Notes: a model not told the origin generated them from the sequence alone. A stretch of 64,000 bases of DNA from Octopus vulgaris (GCA_951406725.2 OX597821.1:49228001-49292000), one strand, 5' to 3'; positions 47,880-61,130 are shown, counted from the first letter of the stretch. Translations and numbers: made by a program.

Positions 47880-49385
47880 AATCTCAATCAAATAGAAATC
47901 AAAAAAGGAAATTGTAGCCAGTGCTGCCTGACTGGCTCCCATGTTGGTGGTATGCAATAAGCACCATTCATGCATGGATCATTGCCAGTTCCACCTGACT
48001 GGCTCCCTGTGCCAGTGGAATGTATGAAGTACCACCCAAACTTGGTCTATGCCAACTCCCTCCCCGACTGGCTCTGGTGCCGGTAACATGTAAAAAGCAC
48101 CATCCAAACATGGCTGATGCCAGTGCCGCCTGACTGTCTCCTGTGCCGATGGCACATAGAATGCACCTGCTACATTCTGAGAGTGGTTGGTATTAGGAAG
48201 TGCATCCAGCTGTAGAAACTTTGCCAGATCAGATTGGAGCATGGTGCAGTCAGGTGGGCCTGGCATATCATATCACCCAAGTACTCTTAAATGGACCGAA
48301 CATGTAACACTGGCATTGGCCATGGCTGCGATCTCACTTTAGTTGCCAGGTCTTCTCAATCACAGCATATCTCCAAAGTTCTCTGTTTCCTGTCATTGTT
48401 TTTGAGAGGCTCAGTGTTCGAAGGTAATGCTTCACCACCTCATCCCATTTCTTCCTGGGTCTACTTCTACCACAGGTTCCTTCCACAGTTAGGGAGAGGC
48501 ACTTCCTTATGCAGCTGTCCTCATCCATACATAACACATGACCATACCAACTCAGTTGTCTCGTTTGCACACCACATTTGATTCTTCTTATGCTCAACTT
48601 TTCTTTCAGGGTGCTTACATTCTGTCATATATGCACACTGACATTACATATCCAGCAGATCATACTAGGTTCATTTCTTTCAAGCCAATGCATGTCCTCA
48701 GCAGTCATTGTCCATCTTTCATTGCTGTGTAGCATGGCAGTTTGCACACATGCATCATACAGTATACCTTTCATCCTGAGTGAGAGGCCTTTAGTTGCCA
48801 ACAGAGGTAGGAGCTCCCTGAACTTTGCCCAGGTTATTCTTATTCTAGCCACTACACTCTCAGAGCAACCACCCTCATTACAGACTTGGTCACCTAGGTA
48901 GCCGAAACTATTAAGTACTTCTAGTTTCTCCCCCTGGCTTGTGATGGAATCTGTTGTCTGTACATCTTCAGTGCAACCCCTGTGCATCAGCCACACATAC
49001 AAAAACTATTTACCAGCTTAACATTCCTTTGATATTGCTGCACATTTTATGTGTCCATAGCTTACACCGGGTACATCATATGAAGTTTCTACCCACGCCT
49101 TTTCTACAGATCAAACAGGGTCATCTACCTGACAGGGATTGTGATTTGACAGCCTTCCTACTTACTAAGACTTTGGTTTTTGCTAGGTCAACCTTAAGGC
49201 CCTTCCATTCTAGGCCTTGCTTCCACATCCTAAACTTTGTCTCTAGTTCTGGCAGTGACATGCCTATTAGGGCAAGGTCATCAGCATAGAGGAGCTCCAA
49301 GAGACAGCCTGTCTTGAATTCTTCTGTTATTACCTGGAGGACTATAATGAATAAGAGGGGGCTGAGGACTGATCCTTGGTGAACA

Positions 49386-49388
<3 letters not shown>
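47880..49388. mobile_element. Two RTE fragments: 3' UTR piece (+, about 47880-48265) and RT/C-terminal piece (-, about 48300-49388)
   Basis: GVHQGSVLSPLLF, LLYADD, RITWAKFRELLPLL. Confidence 0.85.
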
Positions 49389-49429
<41 letters not shown>

Positions 49430-49714
49430 CACACACATGTATATATATACAATTTTTTTTCTTTTTTCTTTGTTTCAGTCATTTGACTGTGGCCATGCTG
49501 GAGCACTGCCTTTCGTCAAACAAATCAACCCCAGAACTTATTCTTAAGCCTCGTACTTATTCTATCGGCCTCTTTTGCCGAACCGCTAAGTTACGGGAAC
49601 ATGAACACACCAACATTGGTTGTCAAGCGATGGTGGGTGGGTGGACAAACACAGACACACAAACGTACACACACACCTATATATATATACATATATATAC
49701 ATATATATACATAC

Positions 49715-49756
<42 letters not shown>

Positions 49757-50016
49757 TGATAGATCACTAGCCACTACACATTCTTTATTTTCTCTCTTTG
49801 TTTTTTCTGTGGAAGTGCGTAAATTTGAAGCATTAAAGACTTTTTCACTTTCTGAGCATTAAACTAATACATCTGTTTGTTGTCTACACCACCTGTCTTT
49901 GTCTTTTGTTTTTTTTGTGAATGCTCACCCCCCTCCCTATATATATACATATATATATATATATATTATATATATGTACATAAAATCAAAATAAGCAACA
50001 AGGATATCCAGAGGTA

Positions 50017-50110
50017 ATGCAGTACGAACATTTCATGCAACTCCATTTAATTGAACAATGCAATCATTTCATTACATCAATTTAAAATGTAGAGCAATCT
50101 TCAGTTGCAC
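50017..50110 (-). ncRNA. Type I hammerhead-like motif with long stem II
   Basis: GUGCAa-CUGAAGA..GAAAU-GUUC-GUA-cUGCAU. Confidence 0.55.
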
Positions 50111-50252
50111 AAAGACATAGAATTTAATTAAATTAGAAGGACACATTAATATAATTTTACCCAAAATCTCCAAGAGGATAAGGAGATAGAGAAAGAACAT
50201 GCTTTACCATGTATTACAACTATGATGTTGTTGGTATCACCATATCATCTTG

Positions 50253-50301
<49 letters not shown>

Positions 50302-50563
50302 TATATATATATATGTATGCATATATATATGTATGCATATATATATATGTATATATATACATACATATATATATGAAAAGCACCCACTACACTCGCGGAG
50401 TGGTTGGCGTTAGGAAGGGCATCCAGCTGTAGAAACACTGCCAGATCAGACTGGAGCCTGGTGCAGCCCCTGGCTTCCCAGAAGGTCGAACCATCCAACC
50501 CGTGCTAGCGCGGAAAACGGACGTTAAACGATGATGATGATATGTATGTATATGTATGATGTG

Positions 50564-50596
<33 letters not shown>

Positions 50597-50621
50597 ATAT
50601 ATGTATGTATGTATATATATG

Positions 50622-50653
<32 letters not shown>

Positions 50654-50689
50654 TGTATATGTGTATATATATGTATATGTGTATATATA

Positions 50690-50724
<35 letters not shown>

Positions 50725-50796
50725 GTGTATATATATATATATGTATATGTGTATATATATATATATGTATATGTGTATATATATATATATATATAA

Positions 50797-52745
50797 TGAT
50801 CATCGTTTGACATCCGTTTTCCATGCTAGCATGGATTGGGTGGTTTGACTGGGGTCTGGGAAGCCAGGAGGCTGTGCCAGGCTCCAGTCTGATATGGCAG
50901 TGTTTCTACAGCTGGATGCCCTTCCTACCGCTAACCACTCTGTGAGTGTAGTAGGTGCTTTTTACGTGCCACCAGCACAGGTATCACAACTACAATTTCC
51001 ATTTGAATTTTATTTTGATGTTGATTTACTTGACTCAATAGGTCTCCTCAAGGACAGCAGGTCGCCCTATGATCCAAGGTAAGCACAGCAGGCCGTCCTG
51101 TGATCCAAGGTACTTTGGGCAGGGCTGGGGCTGCTCTGTGAAGCTGGTGCAGGAAACAGCCATGAACTCAGATAATTTGTCGGGTCTTTGCAGTCACAGC
51201 ATATCTCCAGAGATCTCGGTCCTTTGTCATTGCCTCTGTGAGGCCCAACGTTCGAAGGTCATGCTTGACCACCTCATCCCATGTCTTCCTGGGTCTACCT
51301 CTACCTCAGATTCCTTCAGCTGTTAGGGAGTGGCACTGCTTCACACATCTCTCCTCATCCATCCATACCAGCACAGACGTCTCTCTTGCACGCCACATCT
51401 GATGCTTCTTACGTCCAGCATTTCTCTCAGGGTACATACACTCTGTCATGTGTGCACACTAACATTACACATCCAGCGGATCATGCTAGCTTCATTTCTT
51501 TCAAGCCTACGCATGTCCTCTGCAGTCATAGTCCATATTTCACTACTGTGAAGCATGGCAGTTCGCACACATGCGTTGTACAATCTACCTTTCACTCTGA
51601 GTGAGAGACCCTTTGTCACCAGTAGGAGTAGGAGCTTTCTGAACTTTGCCCAGGCTATTCTTATTCTAGTGGTAACACTCTCTGAGCATCCACCCCCACT
51701 ACTAACTTGATCACCTAGGTTGCTGAAACTATCAACTACTTCTAGTTTCTCCCACTGGAGTGTGATGGAATCTGTTTTCTGAGTATCTGTGGTGTCTATT
51801 GCCCCAGTGCATCTGCTGCACACAAAAGCTATCTTCTCGATTAATTTTCCTTTGATGTTGCTGCACCTCTTATGTGTCCATAGCTTACACTGGGTACATC
51901 TTATGGAGTTTCTACCTACACCTTTTCTACAGATCAAGCAGGGCCACCTACCTGAAGGGGTGTGTGATGAGTTCACCTTCCTACTTACTATAACTTTGGT
52001 CTTTGCTACATTGACTCTAAGGCCTTTTGATTCTAAACCTAGCTTCCACACCCGAAATTTCTTTTCTAGTTCCGGTAGTGATTCTGCTATGAGGGCCAGG
52101 TCATCAGCATAGAGGTGCTCCCATGGGCAACCTGTCTTGAATTCCTCTGTTATTGCCTGGAGGACTATGATGAATAAAAGGGGTTGAGGGCTGAACCTTG
52201 GTGGACCCCTACTTCTATCCGGAATTCTTCACTATACTCATTGCCAATCCTAACCTTGCTGACAGCCTCTCTGTATAGGGCCTGTACAGCTCTTATTAAC
52301 CATTCATTATCTCCAGTTTCCACATCACCCACCAGATAAGGGATCAGGGGACCCTGTTACAGGCTTTCTCCAAGTCCAGCAGTTTGATACCCCTGTAGTT
52401 ATTTTTATCTAGAGCATCACTTTTACCCTTGTAGCAGTTGACTATAGTGCTGCTACGCCAGTCATTGGGTATGACTCCATTATGAACTACCTGGTTTATA
52501 ATGCGGGTGACTAGGCCATAGCCCACACCACCAGATGTTTTAAACATTAAAGTCTCAAGCCACAAAGATGGGGTCATTGCCACTCGTCTTTGAGGTAGCC
52601 TGTAGAAGAGTGTCATAAAAGTGGTCCTTCTGATCATTTAGTAGCCCCACATGTGGGGCGTAGGCGGAGATAATTGTAGGTGTGCTGTTCTGTAGGACTA
52701 GCCTGAGCTTAAGCACTCTGTCGTATACCCTGACAACCTCTATGA
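50797..52745 (-). mobile_element. RTE LINE, internally deleted (endonuclease remnant, RT, PHD finger, 3' UTR)
   Basis: IISAYAPHVG, NYRGIKL, intact WPC.ICRKG..CTQC..WTHKRC..CSRC segment in ORF 51446..52051. Confidence 0.9.
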
Positions 52746-52912
52746 CCTTATATATATATGGGGAGAATTCACAAAAAAAAAGCAACAAAAAAACGAAGAC
52801 AGGTGGTGTAGACAACAAACAGATTACTAGCATAACTCTCGCGAAGAGAAAAAAAAATTTGCTACTCTATATTTTATGTATGTATATTTATATATATATA
52901 TACATAAACTAT

Positions 52913-53490
52913 AGGGTAGCAAATTTTTATTTTTTAGAAATTTCACTACCATTGGCCTAGCATGTATAAAAAGTCAATAGACAACATATTCTCCATATAA
53001 AATTAGTGTACATTTAAATGCAAAAGTGGCGACCCTTAACAGGAAGTCTTACATGCTAGAAGGAGCAGTCAAAATGACCAAAAACCACATTTAAGAGCAA
53101 TTTTGAAAGGAATGAAAAATAAAATCTTTAACTTTTTTTTTTGCAGCCATACCTATGTTTCAAACTCTAGCAAATAAAATAATTTGCTAGGCAGAGTTCT
53201 CATCAGTGGCTACGCCAAAACATTAGCATATAATTTAGAGACAGAATAACACGTGTCTCATCATTATAAATTATAATTTTTCAAATTATCAGCTGGCAGC
53301 AAATGAAAAAATGCCAAATTAATCTTCTGAAATTGCTAAAATCATATTCGTAAAATATAAGGTAGCAATTTGTTTTTTTAGAAATTTCACTACCAGTAGC
53401 CTAACATATATAAAAAGTCAATAGACAACATATTCTCCATATAAAATTAGTGTACATTTAAACACCAATGAGGCAACCCTCAACAAGCAG
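52913..53490. repeat. Local direct duplication of about 130 bp (52913-53040 and 53360-53490)
   Basis: Shared tagaaatttcactacca..aaaagtcaatagacaacatattctccatataaaattagtgtacatttaaa. Confidence 0.8.
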
Positions 53491-53899
53491 CCTTACACAC
53501 TATATATATACATATACACCTTGTCTGAAAATATTATGCAAATTGTTAATTTTTTATTTTAGTAAAATGAACATACATGTACAAAGGAAGCTGAAATTTT
53601 AGGATGTTGCTGCAAATGCTCTTTCTTAATCGTGGCTAAAATTTGACATACATCTGATCTGTTTTTTGTGAGTAATGGAGAATTTACTAGAATTAGGTGT
53701 CTGAAGTTATTATGCAAATGTTGAAATTGTTATTTCCTCTGCGTATCAGGAGAATTAAAATATATAAACCCATCATGAACTTTTTTTCTAATTCAAAGAA
53801 CAGTGTTTTAATATATGGTTGAAACTATTTACATGTTGATATAACAACCTTTCTTTTCAATTAATGTTACTTATCTGTTGTCCTTCAAATTTGTTAGTT

Positions 53900-54420
53900 T
53901 TCCAATTTGATCTGGCAAAACTGCAACTGTAACACTTTGTCTAGCATCCCACAGTTCTACCTTATTGTTGTACTGTTTGCTTCTTTTATAGAGTTTCTGT
54001 TTGACAGTTGACCAGAGATTTGCTATTGGGTTCAAGCCAGGGCTTGATTGGTGGCCACTCCATTATTTTGTCTTCACCAAATCGTTTGTGCTCAAGAAAG
54101 TACTGTCAAGTTTTACACCTTTGTCAACTTTAAATAGTCCAAGGATGGTTCTATTAACAATACCAGCCCATATCATTACACCACCACCTCCTTGTTGCTT
54201 TCTTCTTGTCATAGAAGCATCTTGGCCTGACAGAACCCATCCTTTAGCCCATCCATCTGGACCATCTAATGTGACACGCAATTTATCAGTGAATATGATG
54301 TTTCTGAAACCTGTTTTTAAGTACTTTCTTGCCCGCTTTAGATGTTTATCAATATTAGTTGGAGATATTGGCTGGCGAGGAGATTTTTTTCACAGAACCA
54401 ATGCTGCGAATCATTACTCT
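53900..54420 (-). mobile_element. IS630-Tc1 family transposase remnant
   Basis: IFTD..RVTLDGPDGW, QQGGGGVMIWAGI, EWPP..P.L.P. Confidence 0.78.
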
Positions 54421-54963
54421 ACATTTAGGGATAGCAATAAACAGAACATTACAGGGCTTAGTAAATTAATTTGATATTTAAAAGACCATAATAAACAATT
54501 TAATTTAGATTGGTTGATTCTCTCTATTTTGTTCCCTTATGATAAAGGCAAGAAATTCTATCTTCTCTGTAATTGTGAAGTATTTTTTATTCTTTTTTCT
54601 AAAAATCCCTTTGTAAACATGGTTATATAGCATGCTTACCGATGTAAACATTGGCAGAAACACACCTTTAGTTCATATAAGTGATATCTACCATTATATA
54701 TAATTTAAACATTGATTTTCTTCTTACATTTCACTTCCACTATATATTTCTTGTTCCAAGACTTAAGGGTTTTATTTAATCTACATATTGTTCTATACTT
54801 CTCATTTATTTGGTTTCTGATTTTTTCTTTCCTTTACCCTTCCTCTTTCTATAGGCTACCTTTGACATATCCTCTAACTTTAAAAAAAAAGCTTAATAGC
54901 ATTGAGTTCATCACTATACATATCCATCATATTCTGTTAAAATGTCTTATTGACGAGTTTCAT

Positions 54964-55066
54964 TTCTTCATTTCCCTGAAGAGAAGATTACATTGTTTTA
55001 CACCATTTTATTCCTTTGCAATAATACCAATGATATCTTCGAAACATGTGTTGGAAGTAAAAGAAT
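54964..55066 (+). ncRNA. Type I hammerhead ribozyme-like motif
   Basis: AUUUCC-CUGAAGA-GAAGAU..AUCUUC-GAAAC-AUGU-GUU-GGAAGU. Confidence 0.7.
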
Positions 55067-55257
55067 TTGAATAACACCTGCGTTTAACTCTATTTATGTA
55101 TATTATACAAAATATTTCACATAAACCTAGAGTTTCTACTTTTAAAAACAAGGTGTTATGCCCTTTTTACTTGTGTGATTTTTTGCTACCCTGGTATCTG
55201 TTTATCTATTTTTTCCGTGTTAATTGTAAACAAGGGTAAAATGCATCTATTTATATA

Positions 55258-55567
55258 TCACCGTGATCACCGTGACCGACCAGGCTATCAGATGTTGCTA
55301 CATATCGCTGGTCACAATGCGCTTCGCATTGTTTTAGCCTTCAAATGACGCCACCCTGCTGGCTAAGCGAGTAGGCCAACAGAAGAAAGAGTGAGAGAAA
55401 ATTGTGGCAAAAGAGTACAGCAGGGATCGCCACCCCCCCTGCTGGAGCCTCGTGGAGCTTTAGGTGTTTTCACTCAATAAACACTCACAACACCCGGTCT
55501 GGGAATCGAAACTGCGATCCTATGACTGCAAGTCCGCTGCTCTAACCATTGGGCCATTGCGCCTCCA
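55258..55567 (-). mobile_element. tRNA-derived SINE (family B head, different 3' body)
   Basis: ggaggcgcaatggcccaatggttagagc head, gtttcgattccc B-box-like. Confidence 0.85.
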
Positions 55568-55649
<82 letters not shown>

Positions 55650-57294
55650 AGTTTGGTTATCAATTTCCACAGACCTTCTCAGTTTACTGTATCAAAAACC
55701 TTGTTGTTGTCAAAGAAAACCATGTACAATAGTTTGTGTTGCTCACCTTTAGATGGCAGCACAGAGAGTAAGAGCTGTAGCACTTGTAGAAGGTTGAAAA
55801 CCAATTTGAGATTCTTGTAGTAGAATCTCTGATTATGGGAGAAATCAGATGAGTTGGATTCTAGCCAGAATTTTTATTTTTAGCTTTTGACATAATGAGA
55901 TTTCTCTAGTAATTCACCTTCTTTCTTGAAGATAGTAACAATTGTCAGCTGGTACCTCTTTCCATATCCAAATTAACAGAAACACTGTATTAAGCTTTGT
56001 TGTTAGTCTTTCATTCCCAAATTGCTATAACTCAGACAAAATCCAGTCATATTCAGGTGCCTTATTGTTTTTGAAAATAAATTGCTTTTTTAGTTTCCAC
56101 AATATCAGATGGTGCACCTAAATTATTCATCATTGACCTTTGTGCAATTTGTTGAATTTATGATGAACTCTTAAGCATTTAGATTACTCTGTCAAATGTA
56201 GTGCTTATTTATTCATATTGTTTTAAATCTATCTCATATTATTTTGTAGCCTTGAGACTTTGATGATATTTATTTTTTGACTGACATTGTAGAGTAGGGG
56301 TCAAAAGTTGGATCTGGCCAGTTTGAACATAAAACAGGCACAATATTTTTGTTGGATATGGCTGGTTTAAATGCTAAACGGTTAAACATATTTTGAAAAT
56401 GTGCTTTCCAATGGTTGTTGATAGTTGCATGTTCCATTATTTCTGTACATTCTTAAGACCTGAGATGTATTGAGCCTTCAGTATAACTAACACTATGGAT
56501 TGTCTTAGTTACACTGAAGAAACTTATGATGCCATGAATGTCTACTAGTTTCAGAATTCCAATTCTTTTGGCCTGCCACCAATTGTTCTTCATTGCATCT
56601 GTTTGTTTCTGGGCTACCATCTTAACTTGTTGGCCAGCTTTCCTTTTGCACTCATTATTCTTGTCAAATTAGCATACATGAAAAACCACTCACATTTTGT
56701 TGTTCAGAACACCCAGAGGGTGAAAAGTCAGTGATGAGCAGAAAACAGAAAAACCAATGATGGAAATTCCAAGGCACTGCTGGAACCTGTTTGAAAGACA
56801 GGAGAAAACCCGAGGCCGATGTGTCTTGTATAAATTTAAGGAATTAGATGAGGGAGTTCTTAGAAACTTACAAACCATTGATGTATCGGAAGGGTTGAGT
56901 GCAAAATACAGGAAGTTGGGTGTTTGTAAACATTTGATGAGAAATGAAGAACACATGCTGAAAATGTGCCATAAGTGATGTTTGCCAATGTAAAAAGAAG
57001 AGGTGCAACCAACCTACATTAGTTGTAGTTCACTGGGTGAAGGACAGGTTGGAAACAAGCCATCTGGCAGAGAGTAATGAGGCTGAGAAAGAAAAATAGA
57101 AACAATAACAAACATATACACACTACAATTATTGTATAATTGTTACATCCTGATTAAGATATGAAATTAAATTGATTGGATTAGGGTTATGGGCCATAGG
57201 CAACATTGTGGAGACACTAGTTGCTGTCTGCTATTTGTTCAAAAATTCTAAGTCTACTAGCTGTATTAATTTTTGATAGATAACAACAACAATA

Positions 57295-57520
57295 GTAGTA
57301 GTAATTGGATACAAGAACTAGGAAGCTTGGATAGAAGAACTATGAAACTTCTCACTATGCACAATGCACACTACCCTAAAAGTAATATTGACAGGCTCTA
57401 CCTATCAAGCAAGGAAGGAGGTAGAAGACTGCAAAATGCTGAAAGCACCATTAGATATTGGGTTTGAAAAACTACGTTGTATATAGTGGAAAAAGAGTAC
57501 CATCAGCAGCAAGAAATATC
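57295..57520 (+). mobile_element. R4/Dong-like non-LTR fragment
   Basis: LDRRT.KLLTM..AH.PKS.IDRLYL..KEGGR.L. Confidence 0.6.
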
Positions 57521-57552
57521 CAAATATTTCATACAACAGTAGAATTCAAAAA

Positions 57553-57622
57553 CAGCCTTCATCAGGTGTCTTGGGGAAATTTCAAACCTGGGTTCTCATT
57601 CCTAAGGTATTTTTCGATGTTG

Positions 57623-57661
<39 letters not shown>

Positions 57662-57751
57662 TCACTGCCTGGAATCGAACTCGGAATTTTGGGGTTAGTA
57701 GCCCGCGCTCTTAACCACTACACCATATGCCCACGGGCATATGGCGTAGTG
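57553..57751 (-). mobile_element. tRNA-headed repeat with (AAT)n and half hammerhead core; head duplicated as palindrome
   Basis: gggcatatggtgtagtggttaagagc...gagttcgattcc (A and B boxes); ACAC-CUGAUGA-AGGCUG at truncated end. Confidence 0.7.
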
Positions 57752-58659
57752 AAATTTTATTTTTCGTTTTCAAACAAGTATCTATCCAGTCAATAGAACT
57801 TTAAGGTGCGTGTGCTCAGTTTGGTATTCACTAAGAACCATATATCAAAATTGTTGCTTTCTCAATTTTAATTTTCTCTGAATTAAATCCTTGATCAAGA
57901 AATTTTGTAGGAAAAATGTTTGGTTTGTTTGTAAATTCTTGAGAATTCATCTCTAGTTACCCAATGGAATCAGAATAAATGGTTTTATCATTCTTATTCC
58001 AGAAAGTTCTCATATCAAAAAACAAAATTCACATAAAAAGAGAAAATGGAAAATTATGGAACTCCAAAATATGACTTGGTGTTGACATAATCCTTAATGG
58101 TTTTCAAAATTAATGACCTCTAACAATTACATTGTCATACAACTTATTTGGTATGTTATATAGTTGTTTAGCCTTTGGCCAACTTTTATTGAACATATCT
58201 ATAATCAAAGAGATTCCAGCCTTTCAAAATTTAGCCTTACCATTTCTCTATCATCTTACCAATTCCCTATCAACCAGAGACATCAAATAAGAAAATAGAC
58301 CAGAGCTCTTACTATGCTGACATCAGCGTTTTAATTTTCGCTGTCTCTATTCTGCTCAAATCATGATACTTTTTTTTTTTACTGTTTACCTTGGTCACTG
58401 TCTTTTTGTCTGTCTATCCCAGAATAAGTTTTTCTCTTTGTTGATGATTGGGTTCAAGGTGATCATGTAACCAAGTTTGACGAAATTTATTTTTTGTAAA
58501 AAAAAAAAAATACTCTAGCAATTTATATAGGAAGTAATCAAATTTTTTAAATATATCAAAGTCTCTACTGTCATTTGAGAAGTGGCCATATTTGATATGA
58601 AGAAAGAAATGTAAATTATGGATACTCAAGAAGTGTAGTGGCACCTCAGAGCTGACTGA

Positions 58660-59290
58660 GAGGGAAAGTAGACTGCATATGTGGCAGCATTGTAAGGAAG
58701 GTCAAGTTCATATGTAAGAGATGTACAAGAGTATTGAGGGACAAATTCCTTCAAATGTTCAGAAAGCTCCATAGAAGTTTTTTACCTAGATGACTTACTT
58801 AGCAGAGGTTCAGACAGCATAGTTACCAGAATAAAGAATGGGATGAAAAAATGCCAGGTAGCTATTATCTCAGCTGATAACAAAAGGATTCTCTCTTAAA
58901 AGGCTGATTGAATGATGCTTGTGTCATAAGTGTGATGATGTATGAAACATGAGCATTGAATGTGAAGAATGTGAGAAGGTTGGGAAGGAATAAGGTGAGC
59001 ATGCTTTGTTGATCTGGATGAATGGTGGGATGTAAATGAACTAAAAGCAAAATTAGATATATGCGGAATCAGACTGTGTGCAAGACAGGAAACTGAGCTG
59101 ATACAAATATGTGATTTGTAAGGGGAAAGAAGTGTCAGGCAATCCAAGTGGACTGGACTTGCAACACCAAAGATGGAAACCTGTAGGTGAAGGTTGACCT
59201 CAAGAGGTTCACAAAAGATCACAACAGATAGAGAGATACTCTTTTGGAGAAGTCCTTTCCCTATCCTGTTCATGCAAGCATGGAAAAATA
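58660..59290 (+). mobile_element. Very degenerate RTE 3' fragment
   Basis: Residual similarity (agaataa, caaaaggattctctct, atgcaagcatggaaaa) to other RTE copies. Confidence 0.5.
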
Positions 59291-59972
59291 GATTTGTACC
59301 CTAAATCTTCTCATTAATTAACATTTGGACATCCAACAGTTGATATATTAGCTCATTAATATCATTCTCTGTAGTTATTGGCCATTTTCACTGTCACACA
59401 CCACCACTCTTTTCATATTCATGATATGCTTGTCTACCACTTTGATAGGTTTCCTATAGATTATAAATTATAAATATAGTTTCCTGTAGAAACTTTATAT
59501 TAAACAAACTGTTGGCATTAATAGTATGTATATTGATTTCATCTGACTTGGCAAAAGATCAATTTTTTCAAAGAGGGCTGGTAGTGGGGTGAGCTATAGT
59601 CTTTTTTTTTGCTGCCTTCACATTTGCAGATATTAATATTTCAATAAACAAAGCAAAAATAAATAAAGAATATCTTGTATCTTTTCTCTAAGTTGAGGGT
59701 GGGTAGGTATTCTGTAGAAACATTCCTAATTGGTGTCTACTATCCCTGATGATTTCTTCATGCTAATTACATGTAGCACAAACTATACTAATTAAAATAT
59801 AATTTGAACTTAACCTGTTAAATCACTGCAAGCTTTTGATTACTTTGTATCTACATGGTAATTGTGTGTATAAAATGTTTTTGAATATGTATAGCCATGT
59901 GTATATATATCTATATTGTTTTTTGTTTTTTTTAAATACTATGAATAAATTCAGCAAGTTGTTTACTCATAG

Positions 59973-60289
59973 TATTTCAATACCAGGCTGGATATGAAGG
60001 TTGTAATATCAGTAATTTCTTTCAGCAGCTTAGATCTATCAAGCTACTAAGCTGTTGCTTTACTCTTTCATCAAGGATGCATAACTTCATGGCTACAGGC
60101 ATTACATTGAGCTCCATGCCTCAGGCAACCCCCATTTCTTTAATCTTCCCACATAACCAATCATTCCCACTCCACACTTGGGATTTGTCATCTTTAGACA
60201 GTACAATAAACTGTAAAATTTCTAGTCTACTAAATGAACAGCTGTTATATAGTTGGCTGAAAATACATGGCTTAAAAAACAGAAAGTAG
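59973..60289 (+). CDS. Candidate terminal exon of an unidentified host gene
   Basis: Frame open 59945-60289 (114 codons) in non-repetitive AT-rich DNA; acceptor-like ttgtttactcatag at 59972; AATAAA at about 60350 and 60513. Confidence 0.3.
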
Positions 60290-60519
60290 AGTTTTATGAT
60301 TGAAACATAAGACTAAGGTACAAAGAGATGCTTTATTGAAGACCATTACAATAAATTGACATCAAAAATATGTTTACTTTAAGGCAGAGTTACATACAAC
60401 TCCGAGGATTCAACGTGTAATTGAATTTCTATGATGTTGAGTGTGTCTTCATGCTGTTGATCATTAGCAATTATGATTACTTTCATATCTATTTGTCAGT
60501 TAAATGGACATGAATAAAC

Positions 60520-61130
60520 AAGATAGACCTTATCTTGATGAACAAGCTTGCAGTCATTTACAAAATAAATACTGATGGTGACCACCAAAGCATGGTGAGT
60601 ACAGTAAAGTCTAATCATCTAGATATCAATAGACAAAGCCTGGAAACAACAGCTAGGAATTCCAAAAAGAGCTGAGCAATTAATTCTCCAAATTAATGTT
60701 TACTGCTGGATCTACCAGAAGAGACAGTCCAAGATTATGTAATCATTGAAGATGATATTCCAGTCAAAATGAAAGCAACATATTAATAAAAGGAAACTAC
60801 TGGGTCTATGGGAGGGAAACGCAATAATGATTGTAATATACAAAAAGAGAGATAAATGCGACTTGAAACAATGACTGCTCAATAAGTCTACTCTGAAACT
60901 TAGAGAAACAGGGAAAGATTTTGGATGGGACTCAGGCACAAAAGCCAGAAATTTTCGGAAGCAGCTCCATTAGCAATTATATAGATGTTGTTAACCAACT
61001 GATTGAAAAACACCAGATGTAAAATCTACCATAATACCTTATATACCTTGATTATAAAAAAGCCTTCAATACAACAACAGAGCAAGATGTTGAAGTATTG
61101 CCATGTAGTGGATAACAGTTATAACCTCTA
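60520..61130 (+). mobile_element. Degenerate RTE-like LINE RT fragment
   Basis: IVIYKKRDK.DLK and LDYKKAF-like traces. Confidence 0.45.

Noticed and set aside
57659-57732. Functional tRNA gene
   Set aside because: Acceptor stem is imperfect, the anticodon is unusual and it is embedded in a repeat; treated as a SINE-like head. The same applies to the heads at 24251, 41127 and 55567.
60022-60210. Minus-strand frame with a single in-frame TGA (possible selenocysteine)
   Set aside because: No convincing SECIS or selenoprotein motif; better explained as the antisense shadow of the plus-strand open frame.
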